From: Ancylonema sp.
Lineage: Eukaryota
Length of the DNA stretch: 64,000 nucleotides
NCBI GenBank assembly: GCA_050230475.1
Contig: JBFLGF010000019.1
Coordinates: 62,001 to 126,000, forward strand
Direction of reading: 5' to 3'
Shown: positions 1 to 13,605 of the stretch, piece by piece
How positions within the stretch are numbered: position 1 is the stretch's first letter
Layout: each line of letters begins with the position of its first letter
Program-made: the position numbers and the translations under genes
The notes under the pieces: generated by a model
The model's input: only the letters and a program-made list of their open reading frames with translations
What the model was told of the DNA's origin: nothing
Databases searched by the model: none

Positions 1-221
1 CGAGCATCATGACGGGGAATGCGAGTTTGGCCGCCCTGCATCTTCTGGATACTTAAGAGATAATATTCGAGGCACCTGCAACAGTAGCAATCAAGTTTCA
101 GTCGAACTGTTCCGAACTGTTCCGTTTTGCTATGATACAGCATTTATTTAATTTCCACAGCGGTGTGATGTTGAAGAGAGGCCTACCCCGATGCAGTCTT
201 CAGGGACCCTATTTTTACACC

Positions 222-2350
222 ATGGGGATCCTCGTCAGCGTCCCCATGCTTCTTTTCTCCCTCATTTCTTTGATCAAATTGTTGCGCTCTGGCTCTGGTG
301 TGATGCCATGGGGCGCTCGGGTGGAGCATCCTATCGTGTTCTTTCCTGGGTACAGCACGTCAAGACTCAAGGTATCACGCTGTTCCTTCGTACTGTCGGT
401 GAGGGGTGTAACGGTTACGAGTCATGGTAAAAATTACGAGTTATGGTAAAGTTCGCCCGCACGCTCATTTACTTTTAGTGCTCAGCTCCTTTCGGATAAT
501 CCTCATAAGTCTTCAAAGATGACCGGCTCATCTCAAGTTGCTAATTGCGACTCGCGTCACTTTTGCTGACCGGACCTTTGGCTTCATGAGCTGCATCGCA
601 TAGCATCTGAACCCATCCCACATCCAGACCGTCGGCATCTCAAGGAGTGGTTTACATTACAACTCTTCCACGGTCAATAGCCATTCTATGTCAATATCAT
701 CCTCGGAGGCCAGCTGGCGCTCTCTCAGCGGTAGCGCTGTAGATTGTAAGAGGTTGTAAAATTGACTAGACTCGGAGAGCGGTTATCCAGACGAAGGTAT
801 CGGAAAGCAAATACGACTCCTTATCGACCTCGCCCCTTCCGTGGCCGCAGGTTACGGTAACCAACCAGAACTTCTCCTCGACCTGCCCCGCCAATGCCAG
901 CTTCGAGTTCTTTTCCGGTCATGTCATCCCATGGGCCTTCAGCGAGCGATGTGTTCTGGAGGTAGACATTCAGAACCGATCACCGGTCACTGGTAACTGC
1001 TAACCGGGGTTACGATTCCATGGTCTCAAGGCACCAGTTCTCATGACTGTTCCCCTGTGTCATATTGTGTCTGCGGCTGCAGTCTCTGCGCGTAGTGGAT
1101 ACCGGAGAGGGTGGGGTTTGCGGTGGGGTTTGGGACCTCACCCACCGCTTCCGCAGTCCTGCGGGAGTGACCGTCGAGTTGGCTGACTTCGGTTCGCCCC
1201 AGTGCGCTCCCATCTACGTCCCCCTATACCTACGACTCATCGCTGCCGGGTACTCCGTAGGTATAACGGGGAAAGGGAAGAGAGAGCACCCGAGAGGAAC
1301 CCCTTTCGAACCTTGGCACTCAACCTTTTTTTCGTATTCTTGTTCCCGTCCTCTGCAGGTTTCGATTTGTTTTCCGCGTGCTACGATTTCCGCATGGCGC
1401 CCAATGTGGACGTAACCCCTGGCCACACGTTCTTCAACGCCTCCCGCCACCTCATCGAGACGGCATACGCCAATGGAGGCAACCGCCGCGTGTACCTACT
1501 GGCCCACTCCAACGGCGGCCCCATGGCACAGGCACTCCTCCTGTCCCAACCCCAGGAGTGGAGAGACAAGTACGTGGCTGGCCTGGTGGCGTATGCTGGC
1601 AACTGGGCGGGCCAGGGAAGTTTTGCACAGTTTCTGTTTACGGGCGTTTCTTTTACGGACTACTCCACCTGGCGACCTGAGGCGGCAGAGGTGCTGCAGA
1701 CGTGGCCGGCTGTCTACTTCTCGATGGCGCAGCCGGAGGTGTTTGGGAACTCGGAGGTCATCATCGCTGCGGGGAATAAGAGTTACACGCCGGGCGACTA
1801 CGATGAGATGTTTGCGGACGCGAAAATGACGCAGCCTGCGGTTCTGTTCCGTCTCTTCAACGGGGTGGTGAAGCCGTCGCAGGCGCCGCACGTGAATGTG
1901 TTTTCGTTCTACGGATCCAAACTGAAGACGCAAGTGGGGAGCGAGCTTCCTGAGCTGAAGACGGGAGTGATCCCCACGGGGAAAATTTAGTTGGAGGGGG
2001 ATGGGGACCAGGAGTCCGCGGATAATGAGTCCAATTTCGTGTGGAAGGAGCTGATGACGTGTCACCGGTGTGAGGCGATCGAGCTGGCGGGCACCTCGCA
2101 TCTCCTCGTGCCGTTCACACTGCAGTCCATGCGCAAAACGCTGCAGATTGTGCAGAGGGACCGGGTGGGGTCCTGCACGAAAGAGGAAGGACAGTCGGGA
2201 GTGCGAGTAGGGGCTGCCGTCCAGAGGGCTGTGGAAGGGTTGGTGAGAAGGGGGTGGGAGAGGATGGGTAGGAGGGGTGGGAGAGGGTTGAACCAAGAAG
2301 AGGAGGCCGACGAAATGGAGTTGGTAGAGCTGGCGAACTCGGGGGGGTGA
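222..2350 (+). CDS. Lecithin:cholesterol acyltransferase (LCAT)/phospholipase A-like secreted lipase, 4 exons (222-371, 851-961, 1083-1260, 1359-2350), with an in-frame TAG at 1988-1990
   Basis: GT-AG introns join in phase. Hydrophobic N-terminus, PIVFFPG oxyanion motif, YDFRMAP, nucleophile elbow AHSNGG. The Asp motif (GDGDQ) and His (TSHL) lie just downstream of the TAG in the same frame. Ends in TGA. Confidence 0.85.
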
Positions 2351-3441
2351 GGGGAGGGAGTTTGCATGGGTGCTTTCAGAGTCACCATTGTCATGCGACT
2401 ATGCTGACGTGTAAATGATGTGACGGGGAAATAGGCTTTTCATTCTGCCTCCCGAGGGGGCTGCCACTGCCCCTCCAACTCTGGCCACAGTTGCCTCGTG
2501 TGGGGAACTATGGCAGGAGTAGGAGTAGCACAGGGAGGCCTGAGGGACACATAGTAGCACTTGTACATTCGTAGGAGTGTGGGTAGGGGACGGTGGGCTA
2601 GGCTGGAAGATCCAGAAGTTAGGAGAGAGATGGTGGTCTTTGCTGTTGGATCTTCCAACTTAATCAACAGAGAGGTGGCAAACATTCATAAAAGGAGCAT
2701 CAACTGTTGCGAGAAACCTGAAAATTCCCATTTGCGAACTTATGTTACTCATTTGTCAGCAAAAGAGCTTTGCCTCTTTACAAGGAGCAAACAACAAAGT
2801 TGTATGCAAGTTGTATGCAATTGTAGAAAATGTACTTTTTGAGAATCTGAATCAGATGTGGTGTGTGATGAGATGTGCAACATTGTTTAGCCGTAAGCTC
2901 AATTCTGTCTCACTTGTCTGATATGGCATTCGTACTTTGCACCAAAGACATCAGCTTACGTTATGTGGATGGTGGCATTAAAGAACCAAATTACTTGGGA
3001 AACTTTTATTAATTATTGCCAATGATTGCTCCCTGCCTTCCTGCCCTGTTGTACAGAGAAACCTGGCACATCCATCACTGTCCTCCTACACTACTAGCAG
3101 CCTGCTACCCTAGTGATAGACTCGTGATGCCACTCTTTATGGTTACACAACGCTTTCTGGGGTTTCACCTACGGTAGAAATCTGAAGGCAATGAAGGTTG
3201 AGTTGCCGACCAAAAATGATGGTCATCATAGTTTAAAAAAAAGACGTCATGGACACAAATATCCTCACAAGAAAAAGTACAAAGAACAGCTCAAACCTGA
3301 ACCTGCCTAGCGCGACAGCAGAAAGTGCTCAAACGCGTATCAACCTACAACGTCACTACTTCTCCATTCGCCTTCCTACCACTTCACCTACTCTATATGT
3401 GTCACTGACCCCTAAGGTCTAACCCTTAAACCTCTGCCTGC

Positions 3442-5075
3442 TCAATACCGTCGATAGTCCGGCGGGGACCTGGATCGTCTCCCTCCCCGATGTGGACTGG
3501 CGTACCGCGGAGGAGAACGCTCCCTCTCCCGACCGTATCCCCCCCCTCCTCCCCCCCGGTAAGGTGCGTACTCGGGAGATCGACGGGACTGCGATCGGTG
3601 CTCCTCCTGTCGCCCGCCGTATCTGTCATCGCGTCGGTCTCCGCCATCCCGACTGCCTCCTCCTCCTTCCCTGCCGCCCATGGCGGCTGCTACACAAACA
3701 CGGAAGACAGACATGCACGGGGATGCACACGGTACGGTTACGGTTGCGGTTACGGGAGCACAGGACAGGGGTCGAGGCTCGAGATGGAACAGGAAAGTAG
3801 GAATAGAGTTGAAAAAATATTTTTTTCTTACCAATGTCTCTCGCTCCTCTTACTCCCAAGTACTCTCCCGGGGTTGGCGTCCGTGCGCGTTTCCTCTTGG
3901 CCTGCCACATGCGCTCTCTCCCCCAACCTCTTAGTTGGCACAAGGATGGACAGGGTGGCCAATGGGAGGAAGGCTGGGGCAGTGCGGTGATTTATAACGT
4001 TGCAGTCTCATGAGTCGAGGGACGGGGCAGGCATGGGGCGCGGGTGAGAAGAGCAGAGCGGGAGGAGGCCCTCGAGGTTCATTTGTTTTCAGCAGTACTG
4101 TCGTCGGCACCATGTGGCAGCTAGCTGACGTGGCAGCTATCTGACTGGACAGCTCAGGGCTGATGTGGACAGTTGAAATTTGAAGTGGGCTGGGCTGGTG
4201 AGTGGAGATGGTGATGGTGATGGTGATGGTGATGGTGAATTAGCCGTACGCTGGATGGCCACGATAATGAGCAGACCAAACCAAGCGATCCGTCAGTCCC
4301 TCACAAACACAAACCAAACCAAAGGGGAAAAATGAGACCTGCAACTCAGCAACTAATCGCAAGGACCAAAGCTTTATTCACACCCCGAGGGATGTAGGGC
4401 TGACCTTCTCTACCACAATAGCTCGTCCCTCCAACGTTGACCTGTTCAGGTTTCTGACGGCATATTCCGCGTCCGCCACGTTCCCCATTGTCACAAACCC
4501 GAACCCTCGAGATTCGTGAGTTCGAGGATCTTTCACAAGTCGACACTCGGTGACCTGTACAACAACAATCAACGCACAGACGACATTCGTGATTTCTTGT
4601 TCTTGCGTTGTTTTGAGCCGTAAAGCGTGCCAACTTCCGGTGCGTGACGCACCTTGCCTTCCTTGGAGAAATGTGCAAGCAGCTGCTCCTCGGTTACGCG
4701 GGTTGACAAGCCTGTGATATACAGGTTATTTCCTGGATTCGTATTGCCTTCATTCGGGCCCCGGTCGTCTCTTTCTTCCCTGCAGACGTTCCAGGACACA
4801 CACAAACTTTGAAAACCCACCATGTTTTGATTACTGCAACCAAAGCGAATTGTCAGTCGCTTACCCATCTGGACCTAATCCTAACTGCTCAGCTCAAGAC
4901 ATAACGATGAAGCGCTGTGGATCTACTGCTGTGGCGACAAATTCCGCGAAGCGATACCACCGAGACTGCGACGGAAACCGCACCTGCGAGCAGGAGGGCT
5001 TCGACGAGGCGGAGGAGATCTAGACCTTGATCGTCCTCGAGCCGGAGGAGGAGAATCACCATCCCTGGTCGCCAT
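3442..5075 (-). CDS. SR45a: SR45a/Transformer-2-like RS-RRM-RS splicing factor, 5 exons (5075-4984, 4779-4653, 4554-4405, 3901-3832, 3689-3442)
   Basis: Spliced product MATRDGDSPPPARGRSRSRSP...NPGNNLYITGLS (RNP2)...ESRGFGFVTM (RNP1)...VEKAKRKRARTPTPGEYLG followed by an RS/G-rich tail. All introns are GT-AG and in phase. Confidence 0.92.
4207..4238. repeat. (GATGGT)5 microsatellite in SR45a intron 3
   Basis: Direct reading of the tandem hexamer. Confidence 0.9.
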
Positions 5076-5212
5076 ATTGATATGGACAGCTCACCGCTCT
5101 GTCTACGGTTCAGTCCTAGATTCCAGGACTCGTTCCCCATGCGCAGGTTACCTGTCTCAGGGTCAGGGAAGGACCTCCGTAGCCCTCAGGCAGGCAGGCG
5201 GTTGGGAACATA

Positions 5213-6049
5213 CAGAGCTCTCTCGATATAAGGACCTTCTTTATGAAGCCAGCCTCGATATGAGGATAGTATTCTGAACCTCGATATAAGGACTGTTATA
5301 AATTCATCAATTCGCCCTCGACACCTTACATAAAGACATTTGTTTTTACGAATTTTGTTACCAAATTTGCTATCTCTCTCCCATATGACGATGTCGATAA
5401 AAATCTAGAAGCCATAAATTATAAAATAAAGTCGATGCAAGGGATGCAATTTTTTGTTGCAAATTAATATTGAACATTTGTTTCATGCAGATTTGGGTCG
5501 AATCATGTCAATAGTGATTGTCTCCGTTTGTGTTGCCATATTGAAAGTTGTTGGTGAAATTTTTTGACCTATTTCAATCAAGAAATTGTAACCAAAGGAT
5601 TTGGGTTAATTTGGTTTGTTAGAATGTATCAAAATTGTGTATTTTGTTTGCGGTACACAATTCGGAACAATGGTAAGTTTTTTCACGACAAGTATTAGTG
5701 TGTCTTGCCTTTGTTGCTTTGTACGACTTTGATAGTCCCCAAAATTTCCTCGTGAAATTTGTTGAATGCGATTTGCTAGTCGCCATGTATTACGAACTTG
5801 TATACCTTGTATCACAACACACGAGCCAAATTGGATGATAGACCATCGTTACATGATGATGCCAGGGCAACTCACTCTAGGCAACATGTAAACGACACAC
5901 TTACTCACTTTGCTTCATTCATGGAGTCCATCGATCAAAGGACACACATGTTAGAGTCTAGTAGTAAATGTCCTCATAGATTGTATAAGGAATCCTCGAT
6001 GCAAAGCCAATTCGACGTATCTTTTTTGGCCCTTATCGAGAAATCATTG
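5213..6049. mobile_element. Degenerate Tc1/mariner-pogo-like MITE
   Basis: TA-flanked imperfect TIRs (CAGAGCTCTCTCGATATAAGG versus reverse complement CAATGATTTCTCGATAAGGG). The CTCGATAT(A/G)AGGA motif is repeated three times at the left end. AT-rich interior. Confidence 0.55.
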
Positions 6050-6164
6050 TACCAGTTATCGGCAAAGTTCATTTGCTTGAATCCCTTGGTCGGAAAATCA
6101 TATGTTTGAATGACAATCATCGGACAACCTAGAGGGAATTAGACCTTGCACAAGGGAATTCACC

Positions 6165-6335
6165 ACCCATGTGGGCTCCTGGCTCACACGAATCCGGGCT
6201 CAAGATCGGAGCGTAGAGTCCAAATGGGAGCCCGCGGTCAGCATCCGAGCCTGGAGCCATAATCCGAGCCCGGAGCCTTGCCCGGAGCCCGGATTGGAGC
6301 CCAAATATTATAAGATTTTCATAAGGGAGAAAATA
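6165..6335. repeat. Fragment of a non-autonomous DNA transposon end with GAGCCC/GGGCTC subterminal repeats
   Basis: Similar to the reverse complement of 40705-40870, including the ending ggagcccaaa...aagggag. Confidence 0.55.
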
Positions 6336-8109
6336 TATATATATACAAAAAGAAAACTTAAATTGCCGGACAACATTTTTACAACTTGCTTACATGCGCG
6401 ATAAAAATTGTTGACCAGGGGTATGTAAACGTGATTAGTTGCACGAGGTAGATTAACAACATTAATTTCTATATTTTTTTTATGAACAATATTTGAGTGT
6501 CATTAGTGATATGCTTTTACTTGTCATGAACACGAGACAAGAAAAAATATTTGTGAATGTTGTTCGACGATGCGTTATGATGTAGTTTTCATGTCATATT
6601 CATTTTCGGTTGCGTAGATCATATGTATAGTGTGTGTTCACGCATAAAGTAGTATAAATGCCTTTTATAAAATATATTCAATATTATTTTCGCGCATTTT
6701 TTCATTTACTTCCACAATATTCACAGCGTTTGACAAGCAACATAAATATTCCGTTGGAGGTATCCTACGTGTTGCAGTTGGTGTCGGTTGCATAAATTAT
6801 ATGTCATACTTGTTCAACGACAACCTCGAGTAGAACTCACATTACGTATGATTACCTGTAACGGAAAAATAGAGCCATCCTTGGGCTACTCAACGTGTGA
6901 ATATCACGATAATGCATTCGTGGGGTCCTTTTATGCATTCGGAAACGTAGTTGCATGGGTTCGCAATATGGTTTTAACATTGGTGATGTAAAAAATTACA
7001 AGTTCAACGTACAATTTTGATGTTTTTAAGTTTTAGAGTCGTCAATTAGAGAGCGAGAGTCATTTTAATTTTTTGATGAATTAGGTCATGAGAGGAGTAG
7101 TATTTATGAGGTCGTTTTAACCGCGGTCTACGAAGATTATGATGCCATTCATGACATTTTTTAATCCACATCGTAAAACAGAGGTAAATTATAGTGTTTA
7201 TGGCTGCATACTGTAGTTATCTTGATTCTCTAGACATGTACGTGAATGAACATAGAAAAATATAACAAAGATGTATAAAGATATAATGTGATAACCAATA
7301 GAAACTCACAAACATAACTTCACAGTTTTAAGGTCAAAATGTATACATTGGTAAGAAACGGTATTATTACTTCATAATTATCAGTTTTTAAAGGTCCCCA
7401 ACAAGTTCAGCGGTGTGATTTGGCCCCAAAAACATCTCTTTCCTCGTTTATAAATAAATTTAATTTGAGGTAATCAAGATTTGAAGTTGTAGGGTTGTAG
7501 GGAGGTAGGGAAGTACGGGGGAGGTAGTTGAGCCCAAACGGATTATAAGATATTAATTGATATAAGAACAATTACTGAGGGGTTTTGTATCACCCCTCTC
7601 CCTGGCCACAAAATGCAAATCCATGCATCCGTGGCGCCCCCAACGGGCCCAACGGTCGCGGATATCACCCATTCTGTTGGAAGCAACACGATCATAAGTT
7701 ATGCGCCCTGCGCGTTTTGTCGTTTCAGGATGCAATCATTTCATGGTTATGCATGGGATAAGACGTGCCAGGTAGGACTGATCGAATTATTGCCGCGATT
7801 GTTCCGCACGCTTCATCGATCTGCCGGCCGCTGCCCGAGTAGAACATAATGACTTCGTGGGCCGTACTCTACGGAAAGCTTGTGGCTGAAAGGAACCAGG
7901 TGTCCTCCTCCGTTACACAAGACGCACGTTTAACGACAAGATGAGTCAGCGGTGACCTCTCGATCGCGTTTGCATGGGAATTCGAGCATGGCTACCATCC
8001 TCCCCTCTCCTTCTTTGGAAGTTTGGCGGATTCCGTGAGCAGCGAATGGGACTGAGTGTAACGGTGCTGCATCCGTGAGTGCTTGTACAGATCGGCTGTG
8101 TGAAGCTGC

Positions 8110-11100
8110 ATGTCAGGAACGACGCTTTTCCAGACGAGACGCGGTCTACTTGTGGATGCATCCCACTACGGTCTCTCGGCGATGGGGCAATCATTTTCGT
8201 CGTCTTCAGAGACCTTCGATTATGAGCCATCGCCCCTCTCTACCCCTCGCCCGCTTGCCTTCAGCGAGGACATCGGCCCCTTCGTGCGCGCTCGGGCCCT
8301 CGTTATACAGAGCTTAGAGGAGGATCCATTGCCAGGCTTGCTTGCAGATTATTTTCAGAAAGTTGCTATCGCAATTGGAGGCTCCCCCACTCTCTCGGTG
8401 CGGTCCCCCTTCGCGCTGTCCAATATCAACAACCCAGCTGTCGTGTCCCCGTTCCTCCTCACCCCTACCGGAAACGTCATTTCTCCGGGCCCAGGCGGCA
8501 ATAAACGGCGCACCCATTCCTTCAGCCCTTCGCCGCGGAACGGGCAGCACCCTAGAGGAAATGGGCGCAATTGGGCGCCAAGTGTGGGAGTGTGCCCGTG
8601 GAGCGAGGAGGACCGTCGGAGCAGTGAAGACATGAGTGAACAAGGCCTGCGCTTCCACGGCAACGTGGCTGCCGCCGAGAAGGAGCATGATTGGCTGGTC
8701 GGTCGATTCGAAAAAGCCGGAGCCAATGTGGATGGCATCCCCTCGTCTCGCGTGCGAGAGGTGTACGTGGCAGGTCTGGCGGTCTGGCTGGAGTTCTGGG
8801 AGCAGTGGGGGGAGTCGAGGGAGTTTCGTTCGCAGTCGTGGAGCGGTTCGCAAGACCTTCACGCGATGAAGGAGGAGATTCGGAAGAACGGGGCGGAGAT
8901 TTTGAGCCGGCTAAAGGAGGAGGTGCCCCCCACCCCCGCGGGGGGGGAGGTAGGCTGGGACGAGTCGTGGGAGGGCATCTAGAGGACCGGAAGGGAGATG
9001 AGCTACGTGGAACGCCCAGAGGAGATTGCGACCGCCATGGAGGCCGGGTCTGCCCTCCCACGACCCTGGTCTGCCCTCAGGGGGGGCTCCTGCGAGCAGC
9101 CTCCTGTCGTTGATCGACTGGGCCTCCTACCTTCAAGGCGCGGGATCCCAGAGGCAGGGCGACACTGCCGAGCGGCCTGGGGGGGATGGGGGGGCAGAGT
9201 CCGGGGTCTAGGGTGGCGTGGGTAGCGAGGAGGAGGCAATTGAGTTCCCCAGCTCGCGGGATGGAGAGGGGTCGAGTTCCGGGTCCGGGTCCGGCGCGGA
9301 GGCGGTCGGTGAGGATGACGTGGCAAGCCCGAGCGGAATCTGGAAGAAAATGGAGGGCGGGAAAGTGGTGAAACTGGACCTCAAACTGGACCTCTCCCTC
9401 CTCCCCAAGCCCGCCCCCGGCACCATCGGAACGGAGAAGGCGTCTGAAACCGAATCCGACACCGTATCCTTATCCGCATCCGAATCTGAGCGAGGAAACG
9501 AGGAACGCAATGCGACTGTTGTGCCCCCCCCCCCCCCCGCCCGCTGCCCACCCAAGGGTAGTCTCTACCCTCTGCAGGGGGCGCTGGAGGCACTCTCCAG
9601 AAGCTTCCTAGGGAGCGACAAGAAAGTCGGTGACGTGGCAGTCGGGGATAGCAGGGGGGACAGGTGGATCTGGTGTGGGGATCATTGCAGTCTCCAGGAG
9701 GCTTTGTTGGCAGAATCCCTGCTGGACGAACGCAAGCAGGACGACCCCCCCTCCCGCCCCGAGGTGCTGCGGTTGGCAGGGCTGGCCGCAGGGGTGGCCG
9801 AGAAGCAGCCCACCGCCGCCGCCCTCTGCATGCTCCGCCTGCTGGACCGGATTGGGCGGGTGCTGGCCGTCGATGACGTGTCGACCAAGGAGATCCTGGG
9901 CGCCGACCAAAGGAAGCTTCTGGAGGATGACTACAACGACGGCTGCAGCGACGACGACTCTGAATTCGACGAGGTGGAGGGGAAGATGGGGAAGGTGAGG
10001 CGCAGCGGGGGGTCGGAGGCAAAGCAGGCGGCGGAAGAGGAGGAGATGAGGCAGAGCCAGGCATTCGTTCTCGGGTGCCTCATGGATCTGTTGGACGCGC
10101 ATGTGCCCTACACCCAACGGACACGGAAACAGAAGGAAGGGGGAGGGGGTGAGGAGGAGGAAGGGGGCCCCCTGCGTTTGTCCGAGTTGGTGGAGGTGTT
10201 GATGGGGGATCTCATCGCGGAGTCCGGGGGGGGGGGACGCCAGGGACAAATGTCGGCGGGTGGACCGGTTGTACCACCTCTCCTCCCCCGCCGCCAAGGG
10301 AATGAAACCCGACAAGGGGGTTGGTCCTGGGGTGACAGCTGTCGTCCTCACCTCCACCATGCAGCACCTGGTCCACCTCCACCCCGCCGACCTCCTCTCC
10401 ATTGCCGCCAAGCTGGAGGAGGCGGGATGCACAGAGGCGGGATTCCGCACCCGCCTGCTGGCCACGCGCCACCCGGACGTGCCCCCCCCCGCCTTCCCCC
10501 ACGTCATCACCCTGGCCCTCACAGCTGGCGGCACGGAATCCGTCCCCACCCGGTTGTCCCGTCTCGCCAAATCCGTCCGCACGGCTGTCTCCCGCGCCCC
10601 AACCGCGGACGCCCGCTTCCTCTACTGCCAGCGCCTAGCAGATGCCCTCATGAAGCCCCTGGTAGCGGACCAGGACTGCCCCTGGGCCTACGACCGCGCC
10701 CGCCTGTACCTCCAGGTGGCCTCCAACCTCGGCAGCACGGCAGTGAAGGAGGACAACATCTACTCCCACCTCTACAACCCGCTGGCGGTACAGATGGTGG
10801 CGAGGCAGTGGCTCAAGTGGGTGCCCGAGGAGGAGAGGAGCGGAAACAAGGGGGGGCTTGGGGTGTGGGTAGAGAGATGTGAGTCACCAGGGCGGCAGGT
10901 GGGGTGGCTGGTGTGGAAGGTGGTGGGGCAGAAGCTGGAGAGGAAAGACCCGGAAGGGAGGGCGGTGAGCGCAATGAGGCTCAAGGCAATCAAGGGGGCC
11001 TATGAGGTGAGGGGGGGGGGAGCATGCCAGGGGGGTGGGGGTTGGGGTCTGGGGGCTCTGTGGACAGAGGGTTGACCTGGGGTGGGTGGTGGGTGGTGGT

Positions 11101-11992
11101 TGGTGCAGTCCATCAATGTGGAAGGCACGAGTACGGACAGGGAAGCGTTGGAGGCTTTTGATTGGGCGCTGGAGTCCATTCTGGTCTCTCTCCCGCCCAC
11201 CAAGGAGAGCAGTGCCGCCCTGATAGAGGCACTGTCGCCCCTCGCCCCCTTCTCCCCCTCCTTCCTCCTGTCCATCGCTGGTCGCATGTCCATCACCATC
11301 TACTGGCGATGGGGGCAGAGGAAGGAGACTGCGCGGTTTGTTGCAAGGTTGCTCAAGCATGTGCGGGATCACGGTAGGGGGGAGGGGGGGAGGGTGGGGG
11401 TGGGGGGTGGTGAGGGGGGAGGGATTCGCTCTGTTGTGCCCCGTTAAGGCGTGTGAATCTCCCTCTTGTGGCACACTGTGACTGTATCCGGGGCTGTATG
11501 GGGTTTTTTTTGTGTTGCAGAGTCCCCTTCCGATGCCGAGCTTCAGTGGGCGGTGGCCATTGCGCTGCGTCTGTGGGGGTGGACCATGCCCAACCAGGCA
11601 GCAATGAAAGGGAAATGCAAGGTACTCATTACCTGCGTGACACCTGGAGTAGCTTCATACTCTTGGCACCCTCGAGCAGCTTTGCGTTTGAACACAAATT
11701 GAAATCCGTTAGCAGGAAGAGATGGGAGGAGGTGGTATTGCATTGCGAACTGCTTCCTACATGCGGAGAACGAATGCTGAGTGCTCTTATCGTACCATTG
11801 TTGATCTCAAAGCATGATTAGTGGTGGAGGATGGACGGTGGATGATTCATGGTCGGTGGTTGGCGTTTGTTGCAGACTGCTGCCGGCGCCATCCTGTCCA
11901 TGTGCGACTCCGTGGCCACGTGGACGGGGGAGGGGCCGCTGACGTGCATCACGAACAGCTGGCCGCATCAGATGGCGGTGGTCACCGTGTGA
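8110..11992 (+). CDS. Large unknown, probably alpha-helical protein. Long first exon, then exons about 11109-11373, 11521-11621 and 11876-11992. Interrupted by two in-frame TAGs (8980, 9209) and frameshifts in G runs (~9080, ~10230).
   Basis: Consecutive GC-rich ORFs 8110-8982, 8998, 9026-9211, 9218 and 10260 join across TAGs or homopolymer shifts. Downstream GT-AG introns are in phase. Ends ...MAVVTV-TGA. No family recognised. Confidence 0.65.
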
Positions 11993-13605
11993 AGAAAGGA
12001 GGGTGGGGGGGGAGAGGTGATATGACTTATTTATTCATTTTTTGTGGTCACAAATATTATACTAATGCAAGGGAATGTGGATTTCGTATCTCATTGTTCC
12101 CGCCATTTATTACTTCCCCCCCCCCCATGTATTTTCCATTCTAGCAGATGTTGCAGTTTTGTTGGTTTTGTAGTATCATTGTAATACGCCCAATCACGAG
12201 GTCACAACATGTTGTACCGTAGATTGCAAGTGATGTATCCCACCATAGGTAGTGTGGGATCCACAACTACGCCATACTTTGGGCTGCCCTTGCTAGGACG
12301 CTGCCCAATACCTTCCATTGTAGTTCTACTTGGTTGCCTTATATGGGAGCATGGAGTGTGTGATAATTCCGCATTTGGAGTGTGGGCTCTTTTCTTTTCT
12401 CTTTTCTATTTGCCAATGTGCCTTAAAAATGTACGTCTTCTGAGACACATTGAGAGTGCGTATGCACTATGTGTATCTAGGGTTGTGAGTGTGATATTTA
12501 TGGTCACAATTTACGGTGTAATTAAGCGGTCAGTACATTGTGGCATGAACGTGGCGTTTTTATCATTTTGGAACCGGTCGAGATGGAACCAGTTCGTAAT
12601 CGGGCGACCCGGGTAGTTTTCACGGTTCTCCTCATTTTGGCGAAAATTGCATTTTCACCTCCATAAAAAATTACGGGGGAGGAGTACATGATAGTACAAA
12701 TAGAAATTGCGGCAGCCCGTCTTTTACGGTTTGTGCGCAACATTTGTCAAATATATCGTTCAATATATTGAGATATTGTTGTAATAAAAAGATAGTGCGA
12801 AATTTCGATGTTTTGATTTGCTTGATCACGACATTCCAAGACGTGGTAAATTTGTCTTTGCCGAAAGCTGAGTATGAGAGTGGGAGTGGAGGCAATAGGA
12901 CCATAGAAGTAGAGGCATGTGTATCAAAGTGTTTGGGGTACGGAGATGAAGGAATGAAAGAGCAAAATCGGTATGAAATGACTAGCATTGTGAGATTACG
13001 GTATTTGTATGTTTGGTTGTAGTCATTACGGTACTTTTACACGTAACGTAAGATTACGTTGTTTTTTTTGTAAATTACCAATAGGCAAAAAGTAAAGTTT
13101 AAGACCTTAGTAAATTACACTCATCGGTAATGTAGATAGTTTCCATGGTAAATGGTAATTACAATAAAATATTTAAGCACAAGCGTACCGGAAATGACGA
13201 TTGTGAGGATAACATCGACCTTCAATTGACAAATGACGTTTCGCCAGCCGTCAGATTCGATGAGGTTCGAGTCCTTTGAAGCCATTCACTGTATATTAGT
13301 ATTCATGTAAATCGACATTAACAACCCACCCCCCCCCCCCCCCCCTTTTTTTTTTGTCTTAAATAAATATATGTATTTATTTGATTATATATTTAATATT
13401 TAATGCATAAATTAATATGTATTTATTCATATGACTGAACTTTACCGGATATTACGTTTTGGCTCTTGTAACGTGCATTTTAGCAATGATGCGTAAAACG
13501 TAAAATTTACATGTATTTTCACTTTTTATGTTATTACATCTTACGTACGAGTGTAAGTGTAAGGTGTAAACGTAACAGTCACAACGAATACAAATGGCAT
13601 GACAA

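Noticed and set aside
3902..4404. Possible alternative (poison) exon in SR45a intron 3
   Set aside because: No convincing splice-site pair could be identified without transcript data.
9381..10582. Long antisense ORFs (also 1496-2296)
   Set aside because: Shadow frames of GC-rich coding sequence.
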